Shown here: in pieces, positions 1 through 9,729 of the stretch
How positions within the stretch are numbered: the first letter of the stretch is position 1
How the letters are laid out: each line of letters opens with the position of its first letter
IMG/VR virus record: IMGVR_UViG_2895060867_000001
Span: 776 to 64,775 of that record
Length of the DNA stretch: 64,000 bases
Strand: one strand, 5' to 3'
Origin: a virus
Taxonomy: Duplodnaviria; Caudoviricetes
Translations under genes and position numbers: made by a program
Notes under the pieces: model-generated
Told to the model about the DNA's origin: nothing
The model's input: only the letters and a program-made list of their open reading frames with translations
Database searches by the model: none

Positions 1-101
1 AGGTCACGCAACGCGTCCTTGACCTCTTTTTTCATGGCTGGAGTCAGTGCGTCGTATTCTTTTTGGAAGCGCTCTGTACGGCGCACTGACTTTATGGGCA
101 A
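1..101 (-). CDS. Partial ORF running off the window start; RelE/ParE/YafQ-like toxin N-terminus
   Basis: Manual translation from TTG at 101: MPIKSVRRTERFQKEYDALTPAMKKEVKDALRD; GGAG upstream; starts 1 nt after the stop of 103..588. Confidence 0.55.
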   Translation of the reverse strand, partial: MPIKSVRRTERFQKEYDALTPAMKKEVKDALRD

Positions 102-102
102 C

Positions 103-588
103 TTACTTCTCCAGCGCCTCAATCAGTTCTTCAGCGGTGGAGAATTCGCCTTCGAGCACCTTATCAAAATCCGCCTCGTGCTCGCCCAGCGCCCAGCAGA
201 GATCATTCAGCGCGGTATGCGCCGATGCGATCCCATCCAGCAGTTGATCGTATGCGTCTACCACACCATCATCTTCGCAGAGTCGATGATCGCCTGCAGC
301 AGCCTCTCGCTTGCGCTTGTGCTGTGCATAGACTTGGTGGATTGCGTCGCGAGCGGCTTCAAGGGCAGCAAGAACACTACCATCTTCGTCGATAGCGTGA
401 TCGGTGCGCTTGAGAGATTGAACGAACTCACCGGCAGCGCCAGTGAACTGCTCCATCATTCTGCGTTGTTGTTCACATGCGTAAATCGTGTCGTCAATTG
501 CCTTAAGGAGATCGACACTACGAGCGGCTTCGAACCCAACGAATTGTCCGAAGGAACGAAGCTTTGATACTTCGTCTGAGTACAGCAT
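103..588 (-). CDS. Acidic helical protein, putative antitoxin
   Basis: 161-aa ORF; C-terminus EFSTAEELIEALEK resembles antitoxin tails; coupled to the downstream toxin-like ORF. Confidence 0.45.
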   Translation of the reverse strand: MLYSDEVSKLRSFGQFVGFEAARSVDLLKAIDDTIYACEQQRRMMEQFTGAAGEFVQSLKRTDHAIDEDGSVLAALEAARDAIHQVYAQHKRKREAAAGDHRLCEDDGVVDAYDQLLDGIASAHTALNDLCWALGEHEADFDKVLEGEFSTAEELIEALEK

Positions 589-798
589 TGCTTTCTCCGA
601 GTGCGGAACGTATCTAACTTATTGTTTCTTATCACATCTATTCGGGTGTAGATGTTCGCTACAACATACAACGGAATCATAGCGTTACTAACACCAAAAT
701 CTACTTCCGAAAGTGAGTTTACTCCACATTAGTTTCGATTGCTTGCGACGCCCCATAGTTTAGAGCTATTTCCCCAAGTGCATTCGCCACTCAAAATA

Positions 799-814
799 CT
801 GTTTTTTTGTACAG
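799..814. promoter_or_regulatory. LexA (SOS) box
   Basis: TA-CTGT-TTTTTTGT-ACAG-TA matches CTGT-N8-ACAG; 48 bp upstream of 863. Confidence 0.8.
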
Positions 815-862
815 TATTTGTGCTAGTTTACCTCCCTCACCAGCACCACGAGGGAGGCCACC

Positions 863-1087
863 ATGTCCGCGCGAATTACCCACCTGTATCAGTACAAGCT
901 ACCCGGCGATAAGCGCTGGAAGAAGACTCGGCACCACATGGACGAGGATTTCGCGCGCGAGTGGTTTGCCAAATTGAAGCCTGGCTTCATTTACGAGCGC
1001 ATCGAAAGCACTGCCGTCGACATTGGCGAGCCAAAGCCCTTTGGTCCCATCAGTCACGGTGGCTGGCAGGACAAGCCGAAAAGATAA
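863..1087 (+). CDS. Small hypothetical protein, probably SOS-regulated
   Basis: 74-aa ORF with GGAGG RBS downstream of a LexA box. Confidence 0.75.
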   Translation: MSARITHLYQYKLPGDKRWKKTRHHMDEDFAREWFAKLKPGFIYERIESTAVDIGEPKPFGPISHGGWQDKPKR

Positions 1088-1101
1088 TTAAAACGAGCTT
1101 T

Positions 1102-1608
1102 TCAGTATTTTTGATCGCTCTGATGACCTTTACTCGTCAGCGCGTCGTAGCTGCGCTCGCAGGCGAGCCCTGCGATGTGGGCGGCGTCAGCGTACCGCGC
1201 AAGTTCTCCCGCAGCTTGGTCAGACCTGGTGAACAACCCAGTGAGCAGATCAAGGGCGTCTGTGCCGCCGACGGTTGGCGAGCCTCCGCCGGCAGTGGCG
1301 GAATGTCGCGCGGCGGCGATGTACTGACCGAGTTGTTTGCGCAGCCCGTCAGCGACGAGATCAGAAGCACTTGCAGCAGCATTTGCCTCATCAGCAGATT
1401 TTTTCGCATCGATCGAGATCCCGGCCAGCGTTTGCGTCGTCTGGCGATAAAGGTTGTTGGCGGCGGTGAGGGCGTTGATCTGCTTCGCTTGCGCCGCGAC
1501 CGTTGCCGACTGGTCGGCGTCGTGGTGCCCCTTCCAGTAGCCGCCTCCGGTGGCCAGCACTACGGCGAGCAGCAGTCCGCCCCACAGGCGAGGATCGAGC
1601 CACGTCAC
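1102..1608 (-). CDS. Rz-like inner-membrane spanin
   Basis: N-terminal TM (WLDPRLWGGLLLAVVLA), coiled-coil; GTG start overlaps the endolysin stop; contains an embedded lipoprotein gene. Confidence 0.85.
   Translation of the reverse strand: MTWLDPRLWGGLLLAVVLATGGGYWKGHHDADQSATVAAQAKQINALTAANNLYRQTTQTLAGISIDAKKSADEANAAASASDLVADGLRKQLGQYIAAARHSATAGGGSPTVGGTDALDLLTGLFTRSDQAAGELARYADAAHIAGLACERSYDALTSKGHQSDQKY
1137..1409 (-). CDS. Rz1-like outer-membrane lipoprotein spanin (embedded)
   Basis: Lipobox SLTG-C, proline-rich, fully nested in Rz in another frame. Confidence 0.8.
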   Translation of the reverse strand: MRKNLLMRQMLLQVLLISSLTGCANNSVSTSPPRDIPPLPAEARQPSAAQTPLICSLGCSPGLTKLRENLRGTLTPPTSQGSPASAATTR

Positions 1609-2081
1609 ATTGCACCTCCGGCTTTCACGTACTGTTGCAGCAGCGGTTCCAGAGCATGCTCCACCTGACCGTAACCGGCCCCAGGAAGACTCGCCCAGAT
1701 GTTGCGGCACTTCGAAATCGCCGACTCAATCCTTCCGGCCTTGATGTCGGCAAGCGCGCCGCGCTCACGAATCTGCTGGATCGCGATCTTGTCCTGGCTG
1801 ACCGGCGAGAAATCCGGAAGCCCCAATTGCTGCCTGTAGACGTCAAAGTAACGCGAGAGCAGTTGGTATCGGCCTGCCGCCGTCGACCACACGTTAAAGC
1901 GCTTGATCCATACCGATTTCCTCGGATGATCCGCGTAGTTGGTGAACATCCCGCCCCCGACGATCACGTTATAGCCGTCGTCCGAACCCGCGATGCGCGA
2001 GGTGAATTCGGACCACGCAAGCATGTCGAGAAACGCGCATACGTTCTGACCACCAGCCGTGGCCATGTCAATTCTAGCCAT
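1605..2081 (-). CDS. Lambda R-type endolysin (lytic transglycosylase)
   Basis: AFLDMLAWSE, GYNVIVGG, STAAGRYQLL and WASLPGAGYGQ motifs as in lambda R. Confidence 0.95.
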   Translation of the reverse strand: MARIDMATAGGQNVCAFLDMLAWSEFTSRIAGSDDGYNVIVGGGMFTNYADHPRKSVWIKRFNVWSTAAGRYQLLSRYFDVYRQQLGLPDFSPVSQDKIAIQQIRERGALADIKAGRIESAISKCRNIWASLPGAGYGQVEHALEPLLQQYVKAGGAM

Positions 2082-2349
2082 GCCCCCTCCCCTTACTCAT
2101 CCAGTACACCTTCCGCGCCATCAGCCAAATCGAGACGATCGCAAGCCCGACAAGCATCAGGACTTCCGGACCATCGATTGCATGGCGCATCCAAAAGGGT
2201 TTGAAGAGATTTCCGACAGATGCTAGGCCGATAGCGGAAAAGCCCGTCGTTCCCCAGAAACCCGTTTTGATTGCGTCGCTCAGTGCCAACCAGATGCATC
2301 CGGCCAGCACGATGACGTTCGCGATGAAAAACACCGACACCCAGATCAT
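2074..2349 (-). CDS. Small membrane protein of the lysis cassette (holin/antiholin partner)
   Basis: 91 aa, 3 hydrophobic segments, between holin and endolysin. Confidence 0.65.
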   Translation of the reverse strand: MIWVSVFFIANVIVLAGCIWLALSDAIKTGFWGTTGFSAIGLASVGNLFKPFWMRHAIDGPEVLMLVGLAIVSIWLMARKVYWMSKGRGHG

Positions 2350-2687
2350 TTTTCGAGCCCTCCGAAGAGTCGCCGCTTGAGAGCCCCGATCAGGTCGGCA
2401 TCGTTGATTTCCTTGAAGACTTCCTTCGCAAGCGCAAGGCCAAACAGCCCCATCAAGAAGCCAAACGCCTGCTGCGCGCCGGCGTCCGTGATCGCGAAAT
2501 ACATCACGAGCAACGGACTGAGGTAGTAGGACATCGCCGCGCCGGCCGCGAACGACACCGCTTTTTGCTTTTTCGTCAGCCCTTCACCGATGAATCGGAG
2601 CGCAATCAGCGATCCGACAGCCCCCGGAAGCACCTTCACCACCACGGCCACTGCAGCCGCCACGGCACCCGATGTTGGTTCTGCCAT
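2346..2687 (-). CDS. Putative holin
   Basis: 113 aa from MAEPTSG, 3 TM segments and charged C-tail, upstream of the endolysin. Confidence 0.7.
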   Translation of the reverse strand: MAEPTSGAVAAAVAVVVKVLPGAVGSLIALRFIGEGLTKKQKAVSFAAGAAMSYYLSPLLVMYFAITDAGAQQAFGFLMGLFGLALAKEVFKEINDADLIGALKRRLFGGLEK

Positions 2688-2730
2688 TGGATTGTTCCTT
2701 TGAGCGCCCCCGCGCCCTGCTCTGGAAATG

Positions 2731-2750
2731 AAAAGCCGCCCGAAGGCGGC
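2731..2750 (-). terminator. Rho-independent terminator between tail and lysis genes
   Basis: GCCGCC-CGAA-GGCGGC hairpin followed by TTTT on the minus strand. Confidence 0.65.
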
Positions 2751-2755
2751 CAAGA

Positions 2756-3514
2756 TCAAAGGTTGCTCACGTCGATCAGAATGCCCCCGTAGTCGAGGGC
2801 CGATTGATAGTCATATTGGAAGTTAGGCGGATTCGGCGAGCTCGGCCCGAAGCGCCAGTTGAATGTTGAGAACGTGGCCGTGCCGCTTCCGGTCATCCAG
2901 CCGCCAAATCCAATGTTGCCGCGCCACGCACCAGACAGAAGGCTTCCGTTGAACTGTGTCGACGGCGTGCGGATCGCGCCGACGCCGATTCGGCCACCTC
3001 CTGGCGCGAACGTCGCAGAGAAGCTCGTCGCGGCGGCGTAGTTGTACTGGCCATAGTCGGGACCGGCTCCGACCACATTTCCCGAGACCACCTGCCTGAT
3101 CAGTGGGTACTTCATATTCGAACTTGCTACAGGTCGGCCAGCGCCGTCATAGACGATAAGTCCATAACCGGCACCGGCCACAACAACGTTTGACGAGAAG
3201 ACGAAGTACCCGACGCTCACTGGCGCCAAGGCCATCAAGCGCGTTTGCCACATGTTCGTGCCGACGTTTGCCGTCGAGATCACAACGACCGGAGTGCCAT
3301 TGGCGTTTTCCAACACAAACAACGGATCAGGGGCGGTGTACGAAACATCCGCGATATAGCAAGTTCCGTACACATCACCTGCCCCCGAGGCGCCCAGATA
3401 CATCGACTGTTCCGTGAGCGTAACCGTGCCCTTGGCGGTCAGCGAGTAGTTCGTGTACGCACCATCGATCTGCACAATCCCCGAGTCGTTCACAGCCACA
3501 AAACCATATGCCAC
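2756..3514 (-). CDS. Tail-tip/receptor-binding associated protein
   Basis: Beta-rich, Gly/aromatic-rich 252-aa protein downstream of J. Confidence 0.6.
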   Translation of the reverse strand: MAYGFVAVNDSGIVQIDGAYTNYSLTAKGTVTLTEQSMYLGASGAGDVYGTCYIADVSYTAPDPLFVLENANGTPVVVISTANVGTNMWQTRLMALAPVSVGYFVFSSNVVVAGAGYGLIVYDGAGRPVASSNMKYPLIRQVVSGNVVGAGPDYGQYNYAAATSFSATFAPGGGRIGVGAIRTPSTQFNGSLLSGAWRGNIGFGGWMTGSGTATFSTFNWRFGPSSPNPPNFQYDYQSALDYGGILIDVSNL

Positions 3515-3816
3515 TAGCGAACCCCATAGGTGATGTAACCGGCCATCGTGACCTGATTCCCTTGTGGCTCCGGGTAATACCAGGACAGCGTATTGCCAGA
3601 TATCGTGATTCTCGGGAAGCGACGAAACGATCTGACGTCGTAGAAGAGCTGCTGAAGGTGAAACGATGCGAAGGCTTCACCAGTTGCAAGCGCATCGTGC
3701 TGAAGGCTTCCGGATGTCCCGTTGATGTACACGGAACCGAGCACTCTTCCAACACGAGATCCAAGGCCGAGCGTCAATTCACCGGCAGGCCCGTAAATTT
3801 CCAGTCCTGCAAGCAT
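3514..3816 (-). CDS. Small tail-tip associated protein
   Basis: 100 aa, translationally coupled to J; N-terminus resembles that of 2756..3514. Confidence 0.6.
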   Translation of the reverse strand: MLAGLEIYGPAGELTLGLGSRVGRVLGSVYINGTSGSLQHDALATGEAFASFHLQQLFYDVRSFRRFPRITISGNTLSWYYPEPQGNQVTMAGYITYGVR

Positions 3817-6800
3817 CAGAGTTTCCCCAGCTTCACGCGAAGCACATTGTTCTCGTCATACACGTATAGGCCATTCGGCGAGAGCACTACACGCCCGCCG
3901 CCGTTCACGCCGTTCATATACAGGCTGCCAGCCTTATCAAGTCGCCACCCGGCCACCCCTTCCACGTAGTTGTTCGACTGGATGTAATCCCCGATCATTG
4001 CGTTCGTGATCCATCCACTGCCGATGAAAGCTTGGCTAATGAATGTCTGACCGCCTTGAATTACGAATGGAGACGTAACCTGTCCGTTGGCCTGATTGAG
4101 AAAGGCGAACCTGTCTGCGGTGAACAGGATCTGCGACTGGACGGGCCCCGTTTCGTTGCTGACACCTACCCCAATGCCAGCGCCGTAGTATTTACCGTCA
4201 GCAGTGACTCCAACCTTGATCTGATAGGACGCAGATACCTTGCCGTCGAGCGACGCCATCGCCTGAGCTGTCGTCTGCACCAGCGCTGTGTTTTCCCCGA
4301 CTGTCGCCTGCAACGTCGTTACCTGTTGCGCTACCGCACGATCTCCATCTTGTAGCAGCGACTGAACTGACACGATCCCGGCGTAGATATTGACCGAGCC
4401 CGCGTAGTCCTCTTCGCTTCCGGCAAAGGGCGGCTGAATTGTCGCGATCGCGGAAAGTAGATCCTGCGATAACTGTGTCTCTCCGATCTTCCCGTTCAGA
4501 TAGTCGAGGATCTCGGACGCGTCTGCGCTCGCTTGGCCCAGCACGCCGTTGTCTGTCGGGTACCACGGCCCAATGTTCTTCGACTTGTCGACGAGACGAA
4601 CCCAGAAGAAGAACGTCGTGCCGGCCGCGAGGCCCATCATCGTGTGCGTGTTCTGCGGAAACGCGAAGTCCGCAAGCTTGATAGCCGTGGCTCGATCGTT
4701 TTGTTGGCTGTACCAAACCTCAGTCCTCTCTACATCGAGCGGACCAGTGGGGAATCCCCAGTCGAGGCGGATACCGAACACGATGCCTGTAGCAACGAAA
4801 CTCGTTACCGTTGGCGGCGGGGAGGTTTTGCCCGACAGAATCGTTTCGGTCGAGTAGGCAGGAATCGACGGAACGTCGAGGGCATTGACCGCCGTTACGC
4901 GGGCAACATAGGTGCCCGCGTAAAGGTTCTGCACCTCAAGGCTCAGGGAACCGGTACGGCCAGCTTTCACCCATTCGCCATTGTCACGCCGCCACTCCAC
5001 TTCGTAGGCCACCGCTCGATCCGCCGCCGTCCACTTCATGACGCCAGTAGTCGACGCGATCCCTTGCGAAATAACGGAGAAGGAGTCCCAGGCTACGTCC
5101 TTCGCCGGCGGCTGAACCGACGGCGGGATCACGCTGATCGGGCGCTGCTGGAGCCGCGTGCCGCTGTCGATGGCGCCGTACTTGTCTGGGTTATGCTGAA
5201 TCGCCGAGAGGTCCCAGGTCAGGCCATCGCCCTGCGACACGCTGAGGATCCGGAATAACTGTGTCTTGAGCTGCGCGCTTTCGACAATCCATGTCGCCTG
5301 CGGCTGCACGCCTTCCGTCCAATTCGCCGTGACGGTGACCGCGTTCCCGGAAATCGATTTGACCGTACGCGTTTGCGGAACACCGGACGGCAAAGTCACC
5401 GTCAGCGCATCGCCAGGCGCGATTTGATCGACCTTGTCGAGCGTTACCGTGGCACCGACGGCAGAGCTTACGCGCCCGCCGATCCGCCGACCTGCGCGCG
5501 ACGCATCGGCTACGCTCACAACGCCACCGGGAGACACCAGCGCCTCATCGAGGCCGGTCGAAAAAGAAACCGATTCAGTTTCGAGGCGGCTCGTAAGGAG
5601 CGTCCAATGCCCTACCCGTTGGGCCTGACCTTGGCTGGTGCAGCCGAAGGCTGTGGTCTCAGTCTGCTGGACACCATATCGTGCAATACCGTCCTGATCC
5701 TCGACGTACTCGACCTTTGCCTTATAGAAGTCGCTCGGGTCGTTCCAGGTGACGAGCGCAACCGTCTTGCGAGCCTTCCAACTCGAACCCGCGTACTTGA
5801 ATTTCCCGTCGATGACATTGGCGTTTGTAAAGCTGTACACGGGATCTCCGGGCATGTCGGCCACGGCGACCACATTGCCGTTCGCCCAATACGCCATACC
5901 GCGAAAGATCGTCGCGAGGTCTTGCAGAACCTTGTACGCATCAGCGCGCGACTGCAAATAGCAGTTGCATGTGAAGCGCGGCTCTCGCCCGCCATTCCCA
6001 TCGTCAACGAGCTCGTCGCAATATTGACCGATCTGATACAGCGACCACTTGTCGACCTGTGCAGCATTTACGCGATGGCCCAAGCCGTACCGTTGGTGCA
6101 ACACGAGGTCGTAGAAAACCCACGCCGGGTTGTCCGACCATGCTGACTTGAACGTCCCATCCCAAGTCCCGACATATACCCGCGTCGCCGGGTCGTAGTT
6201 CGACGGTACTCGAATGATGCGACCGCGCATCCGATATGAACGCGTCGGTACGCTTTTGAACTGGCGAGCATCGACCTGAATGCCAATGACCGCTGTGTTC
6301 GGGTAACGCAGCTTCGCGTCGATGATCTCCGTGAAGCTCTCGATATTCGTCGTATCGGCGATGGTCGTGCTGTTGGCGTTGGCCGTAATCCGGCGCACGC
6401 GCACCGACCATCCGTTCGTTGCCTGCGGAAGCTCAATACGGTGACTACGCTCATACGGTGACGTGGTCTTCCCGTCAAAAGCTGAAGCCAAGACTTGCTG
6501 GAAGGCCGCGCCGTCTGTCGCCAGATCAATCGCATACTCGATTCGGTAACCCGTGATGTCACCGTTGCTCGTGTTCGCCTGCGACAGGGCTGGCAATGCG
6601 AACGTAATGCGAACCGCTGAAAGCTGTGTATTCGTCACGGCCCGCACCCACGGCGCCGCCGAGGTCAACGCGACGCCGACGGCCGCCTCGCTTTCGACCG
6701 ACGGGAAGCCGGGGATGTATGACTGGTCCTGCGTTCCAGTACGTACGTCGACGCTGACGTTCTGGAAATTCGCGGTACCGTCGGCATTGACGATCGGCGT

Positions 6801-6977
6801 GCCGTCGAGAAACACGCTCTGGAGACCGTTTTTCAGCCCGACCACTTCGCCCTCAGATACCGCGTCCAGCACCTTTGCATAAGCGATGGAATGAAGGCTA
6901 TCCGGGCTCTCGACGGGCGTTCGGCTGTCGCCGCCGCCCTTACCTCCCCCGCCGTAGCCGACGATCATCTTGCTCAT
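3816..6977 (-). CDS. Central tail fibre / host specificity protein J
   Basis: 1053 aa; GGGGKGGG N-terminus, SDNPAWV and EPRFTCNCY motifs, FN3-like repeats. Confidence 0.95.
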   Translation of the reverse strand: MSKMIVGYGGGGKGGGDSRTPVESPDSLHSIAYAKVLDAVSEGEVVGLKNGLQSVFLDGTPIVNADGTANFQNVSVDVRTGTQDQSYIPGFPSVESEAAVGVALTSAAPWVRAVTNTQLSAVRITFALPALSQANTSNGDITGYRIEYAIDLATDGAAFQQVLASAFDGKTTSPYERSHRIELPQATNGWSVRVRRITANANSTTIADTTNIESFTEIIDAKLRYPNTAVIGIQVDARQFKSVPTRSYRMRGRIIRVPSNYDPATRVYVGTWDGTFKSAWSDNPAWVFYDLVLHQRYGLGHRVNAAQVDKWSLYQIGQYCDELVDDGNGGREPRFTCNCYLQSRADAYKVLQDLATIFRGMAYWANGNVVAVADMPGDPVYSFTNANVIDGKFKYAGSSWKARKTVALVTWNDPSDFYKAKVEYVEDQDGIARYGVQQTETTAFGCTSQGQAQRVGHWTLLTSRLETESVSFSTGLDEALVSPGGVVSVADASRAGRRIGGRVSSAVGATVTLDKVDQIAPGDALTVTLPSGVPQTRTVKSISGNAVTVTANWTEGVQPQATWIVESAQLKTQLFRILSVSQGDGLTWDLSAIQHNPDKYGAIDSGTRLQQRPISVIPPSVQPPAKDVAWDSFSVISQGIASTTGVMKWTAADRAVAYEVEWRRDNGEWVKAGRTGSLSLEVQNLYAGTYVARVTAVNALDVPSIPAYSTETILSGKTSPPPTVTSFVATGIVFGIRLDWGFPTGPLDVERTEVWYSQQNDRATAIKLADFAFPQNTHTMMGLAAGTTFFFWVRLVDKSKNIGPWYPTDNGVLGQASADASEILDYLNGKIGETQLSQDLLSAIATIQPPFAGSEEDYAGSVNIYAGIVSVQSLLQDGDRAVAQQVTTLQATVGENTALVQTTAQAMASLDGKVSASYQIKVGVTADGKYYGAGIGVGVSNETGPVQSQILFTADRFAFLNQANGQVTSPFVIQGGQTFISQAFIGSGWITNAMIGDYIQSNNYVEGVAGWRLDKAGSLYMNGVNGGGRVVLSPNGLYVYDENNVLRVKLGKL

Positions 6978-6996
6978 TCAGTTGTTTCCGGGCAAT

Positions 6997-7020
6997 AAAA
7001 AAGCCCCGCATCGCGGGGCT
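6997..7020 (-). terminator. Rho-independent terminator
   Basis: AGCCCCGC-ATC-GCGGGGCT hairpin plus a T-run on the minus strand. Confidence 0.7.
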
Positions 7021-7044
7021 GTGAATTGGATTTATGAGAATTTG

Positions 7045-7644
7045 TCAGGCTTGGTCTTCGGCGTAGATACCTGCGGAAATTACTGCGCTACCGACGGTCA
7101 TTTCGCCGTACAGCACGCCGACGGGATTGCCTTGCGCCTGCGTGTTGACGGGGCCGTTGAAGTTATAGCTGGCCCCATTGTCGGGACTGTCTTTCACGGA
7201 AAGACCGGATTGTTGGGGCGAAAGCAGTTGCACGACACCACCAAGCGCCAACGATGCCCCCATAAGTCCAATGGACCCAGCGCTGAATACCCCGGACGCT
7301 GCGAGAAACGCCGGATTCCACACTGAAAGTGCGATCAGCGCCGCCCCAAGAATGGTCTGAAACAGACCGCCGCGCTTCGAGCCTGCGACCATTGGCGCAA
7401 TTCGTATGTCGTCTTGTCCTGGCGGAAGCCCAAAATCTTCGGCGCGGATATTCCGTTTTCCTACGAAAGTTGCATATGCCAGACCACGTCGGACGCTTTC
7501 GGCCAGTTCTTTTTTGAATCCAGGAAGCACGATACACAATGCCCGTACCGCCTCGGCGGGGCTCGAAACTGCCAGAGAGTGGACTCGCCCAAACTTGGCA
7601 CCAAGCCCACCGTAAAGTCGAATTGTTCGAAGCCTTTCACTCAT
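7045..7644 (-). CDS. Tail assembly protein I
   Basis: TIRLYGGLGAKFG and YNFNGPVNTQAQGNPVGVLYG motifs. Confidence 0.9.
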   Translation of the reverse strand: MSERLRTIRLYGGLGAKFGRVHSLAVSSPAEAVRALCIVLPGFKKELAESVRRGLAYATFVGKRNIRAEDFGLPPGQDDIRIAPMVAGSKRGGLFQTILGAALIALSVWNPAFLAASGVFSAGSIGLMGASLALGGVVQLLSPQQSGLSVKDSPDNGASYNFNGPVNTQAQGNPVGVLYGEMTVGSAVISAGIYAEDQA

Positions 7645-7703
7645 TTTTCACACCCCAAAAAAAACCTGCCAAAGGCAGGTTCATTTGTTATGCAGTCGAC
7701 TCG

Positions 7704-8084
7704 CTATGTCCTGACGCAAGCCTTGATCGTCGAATCAAGCTTTTCGGCGGGCATGTGCGGGAACCATATACCCGCACTACGCACGGTTGCAGCAGTTCCA
7801 GGGCCATCCTTCTTCAGAGTGATGAGATAGGCGTAACCGAACTCACCTAGTGCGGACGTGCGGCCAATCGCAATTTCGGCAAGCCCCCCATCGGGATACG
7901 TTGTGACATTGGCCTCACTGCCAAGTCGCCCTCTCAAACATGCGAGCGACTCATTCACGGACGCCGACCCCGAATACTTTTGCGCGGACTGTTCCCGTAT
8001 TTCTTGCCCACTCATTCCAGTTACACAGCCGGAAAGCAAAGACACGGCTGAGCAAATAAGAATCGCACCGCAAATAGCTCGCAT
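7704..8084 (-). CDS. Lipoprotein moron between K and I
   Basis: Lipobox LLSG-C after a signal peptide; lower GC; followed by a hairpin at about 7657-7681. Confidence 0.75.
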   Translation of the reverse strand: MRAICGAILICSAVSLLSGCVTGMSGQEIREQSAQKYSGSASVNESLACLRGRLGSEANVTTYPDGGLAEIAIGRTSALGEFGYAYLITLKKDGPGTAATVRSAGIWFPHMPAEKLDSTIKACVRT

Positions 8085-8117
8085 TGGATGATCCCCAAAC
8101 AAATTGACCACGCAATA

Positions 8118-8831
8118 CTAACCGATCAGTTCCTTATGCCTCAAAACACACCGGGTGATCTCACGCCAATACCCGCCATACACTTCGCGCGTCGACAGAC
8201 GCCCGTGCATGTGGTGCAACATCAGGCCGTTGCCGATGTACACGCCCGCATGATTCGGAACTTCCGCGCGCCGCTGCATCAGCATCACATCACCGACCTT
8301 TTCAGGCGCATCTTGGTTGACGACCACGAAACCAGCTTTCGGGTAGCCTTCCATGTAGAGGTTCTCGCCGTGCGCCCACCAATCGTCGCGGCGTTCGAAA
8401 TCCGGCAACTCGATCCCGAGCTCGCGCGCGTAGAAGTCGCGCACCAACGACCAGCAGTCGAGGACGCCGTGCGCAAACGTTCTGCCGACCAACGGTGCTT
8501 TGTACCCCGTCGGCTCGATCGAGCGCACGTCATTGTCAGGCCATGACAGGATGTGCCACGGCAACCCCGTAGCCTCACAGCTCACCATATCAGCTTCACT
8601 GGGCGCGGCAGTAGCATCCGGGTGCGAATGGACCACGGCGACGACGTCACCGAATTCTTCGGCGGCCGCATAGTCTTCCGGAGACATAACGAAGTGCTCA
8701 GTGCCTTGGGCGAGGTTGCGGCAGCGCACGTACCGCTCACGCCCCCTCTTGACCACGATGAGCCCACAGCACTCGCGCGGATATTCTTCCTTGGCGTGCT
8801 CTCGGATTGCACCCAGCGTCTTTTCGTTCAT
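8118..8831 (-). CDS. Tail assembly protein K (JAB + NlpC/P60)
   Basis: PRECCG, HSHPD, DCWSLV and NHAGVY motifs. Confidence 0.9.
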   Translation of the reverse strand: MNEKTLGAIREHAKEEYPRECCGLIVVKRGRERYVRCRNLAQGTEHFVMSPEDYAAAEEFGDVVAVVHSHPDATAAPSEADMVSCEATGLPWHILSWPDNDVRSIEPTGYKAPLVGRTFAHGVLDCWSLVRDFYARELGIELPDFERRDDWWAHGENLYMEGYPKAGFVVVNQDAPEKVGDVMLMQRRAEVPNHAGVYIGNGLMLHHMHGRLSTREVYGGYWREITRCVLRHKELIG

Positions 8832-9535
8832 CAGACCGTTCGCACCAGATCCGCAGCGGGGAACCCCCCGTACGGCAGTTCGTTGTTCTGACCAAAGCGG
8901 CATTTGCACGACGACAGCCGGCCGCCGCACTTGTCGAGTGATGGATCAGCCACAGGATTGTCGTCCTTGTCGAAGTAGGCCACCCCCGTATATCCGCAAT
9001 ATGGCCCCCGGTAGCCGCCAATGGTCAGCCAGGTGCAGACGTTCGCAATGATCTGTCGCCGGGGCAACTGCTCGCCATTGAAGTCGAGCGCGCTCGCCAG
9101 CTCGAACGTGACCGACACATTCGTCTCTTCCGTTTTCTGATTAATGAACCAGAGTTCGGGCGGAAGCTGCTCTTCCGGATCTGCGGTCGGATTCCCCTCC
9201 GGAAAGTTTGCGGCGTCAAGGTACTGTCCGAGAGTTCGCATCCGCGTCAGCTTCGCCCCGACCATGTCGTCGAGATAGAGGCACAGCGCAGTAATCGAGC
9301 CATCGATGTTTCCTACAGACAAAGTGGGCGTTGGCTGCTGACTGTCGCCGCTGCGGGCGAACCCCTCGACCTCGATAGGCCACGGAGAGTATTCATGTCC
9401 TTGCCACCAAATCGGCCCTACTTGCGTGTGACCGTGAAAGCGCAAAAGGTCACCGTGCTGCTCAGTCGCATCCAGTTCAAATAGTTCGATCAATGCCCCG
9501 GGTTCGAGACGCTGAATGTCGGCCGTAATTCCCAT
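8831..9535 (-). CDS. Minor tail protein L
   Basis: C-terminal Cys cluster (CTW..YRGPYCGY..DKCGGRLSSC); position in the lambda tail order. Confidence 0.92.
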   Translation of the reverse strand: MGITADIQRLEPGALIELFELDATEQHGDLLRFHGHTQVGPIWWQGHEYSPWPIEVEGFARSGDSQQPTPTLSVGNIDGSITALCLYLDDMVGAKLTRMRTLGQYLDAANFPEGNPTADPEEQLPPELWFINQKTEETNVSVTFELASALDFNGEQLPRRQIIANVCTWLTIGGYRGPYCGYTGVAYFDKDDNPVADPSLDKCGGRLSSCKCRFGQNNELPYGGFPAADLVRTV

Positions 9536-9729
9536 CAGACGAACTCCGGCTCATCTGGTTGTGTTTGGGGCGCAACAAACTCTCCATCTACGAACGTGTA
9601 TCCGACCCCGACTGAAACAACGTCTGGCACACGAACGGCGCCGAGAAGTTCATCGCAGACAGCGGCACCGTCCCAAATGACCACGTTTGTAACTACGCCA
9701 GATTCCACAGTTGCGTAACGAGACTTCAT
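9535..9729 (-). CDS. Small tail-fibre assembly-like protein
   Basis: 64 aa MKSRYATVESGVVTNVVIWDG, directly after the fibre gene. Confidence 0.6.
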   Translation of the reverse strand: MKSRYATVESGVVTNVVIWDGAAVCDELLGAVRVPDVVSVGVGYTFVDGEFVAPQTQPDEPEFV

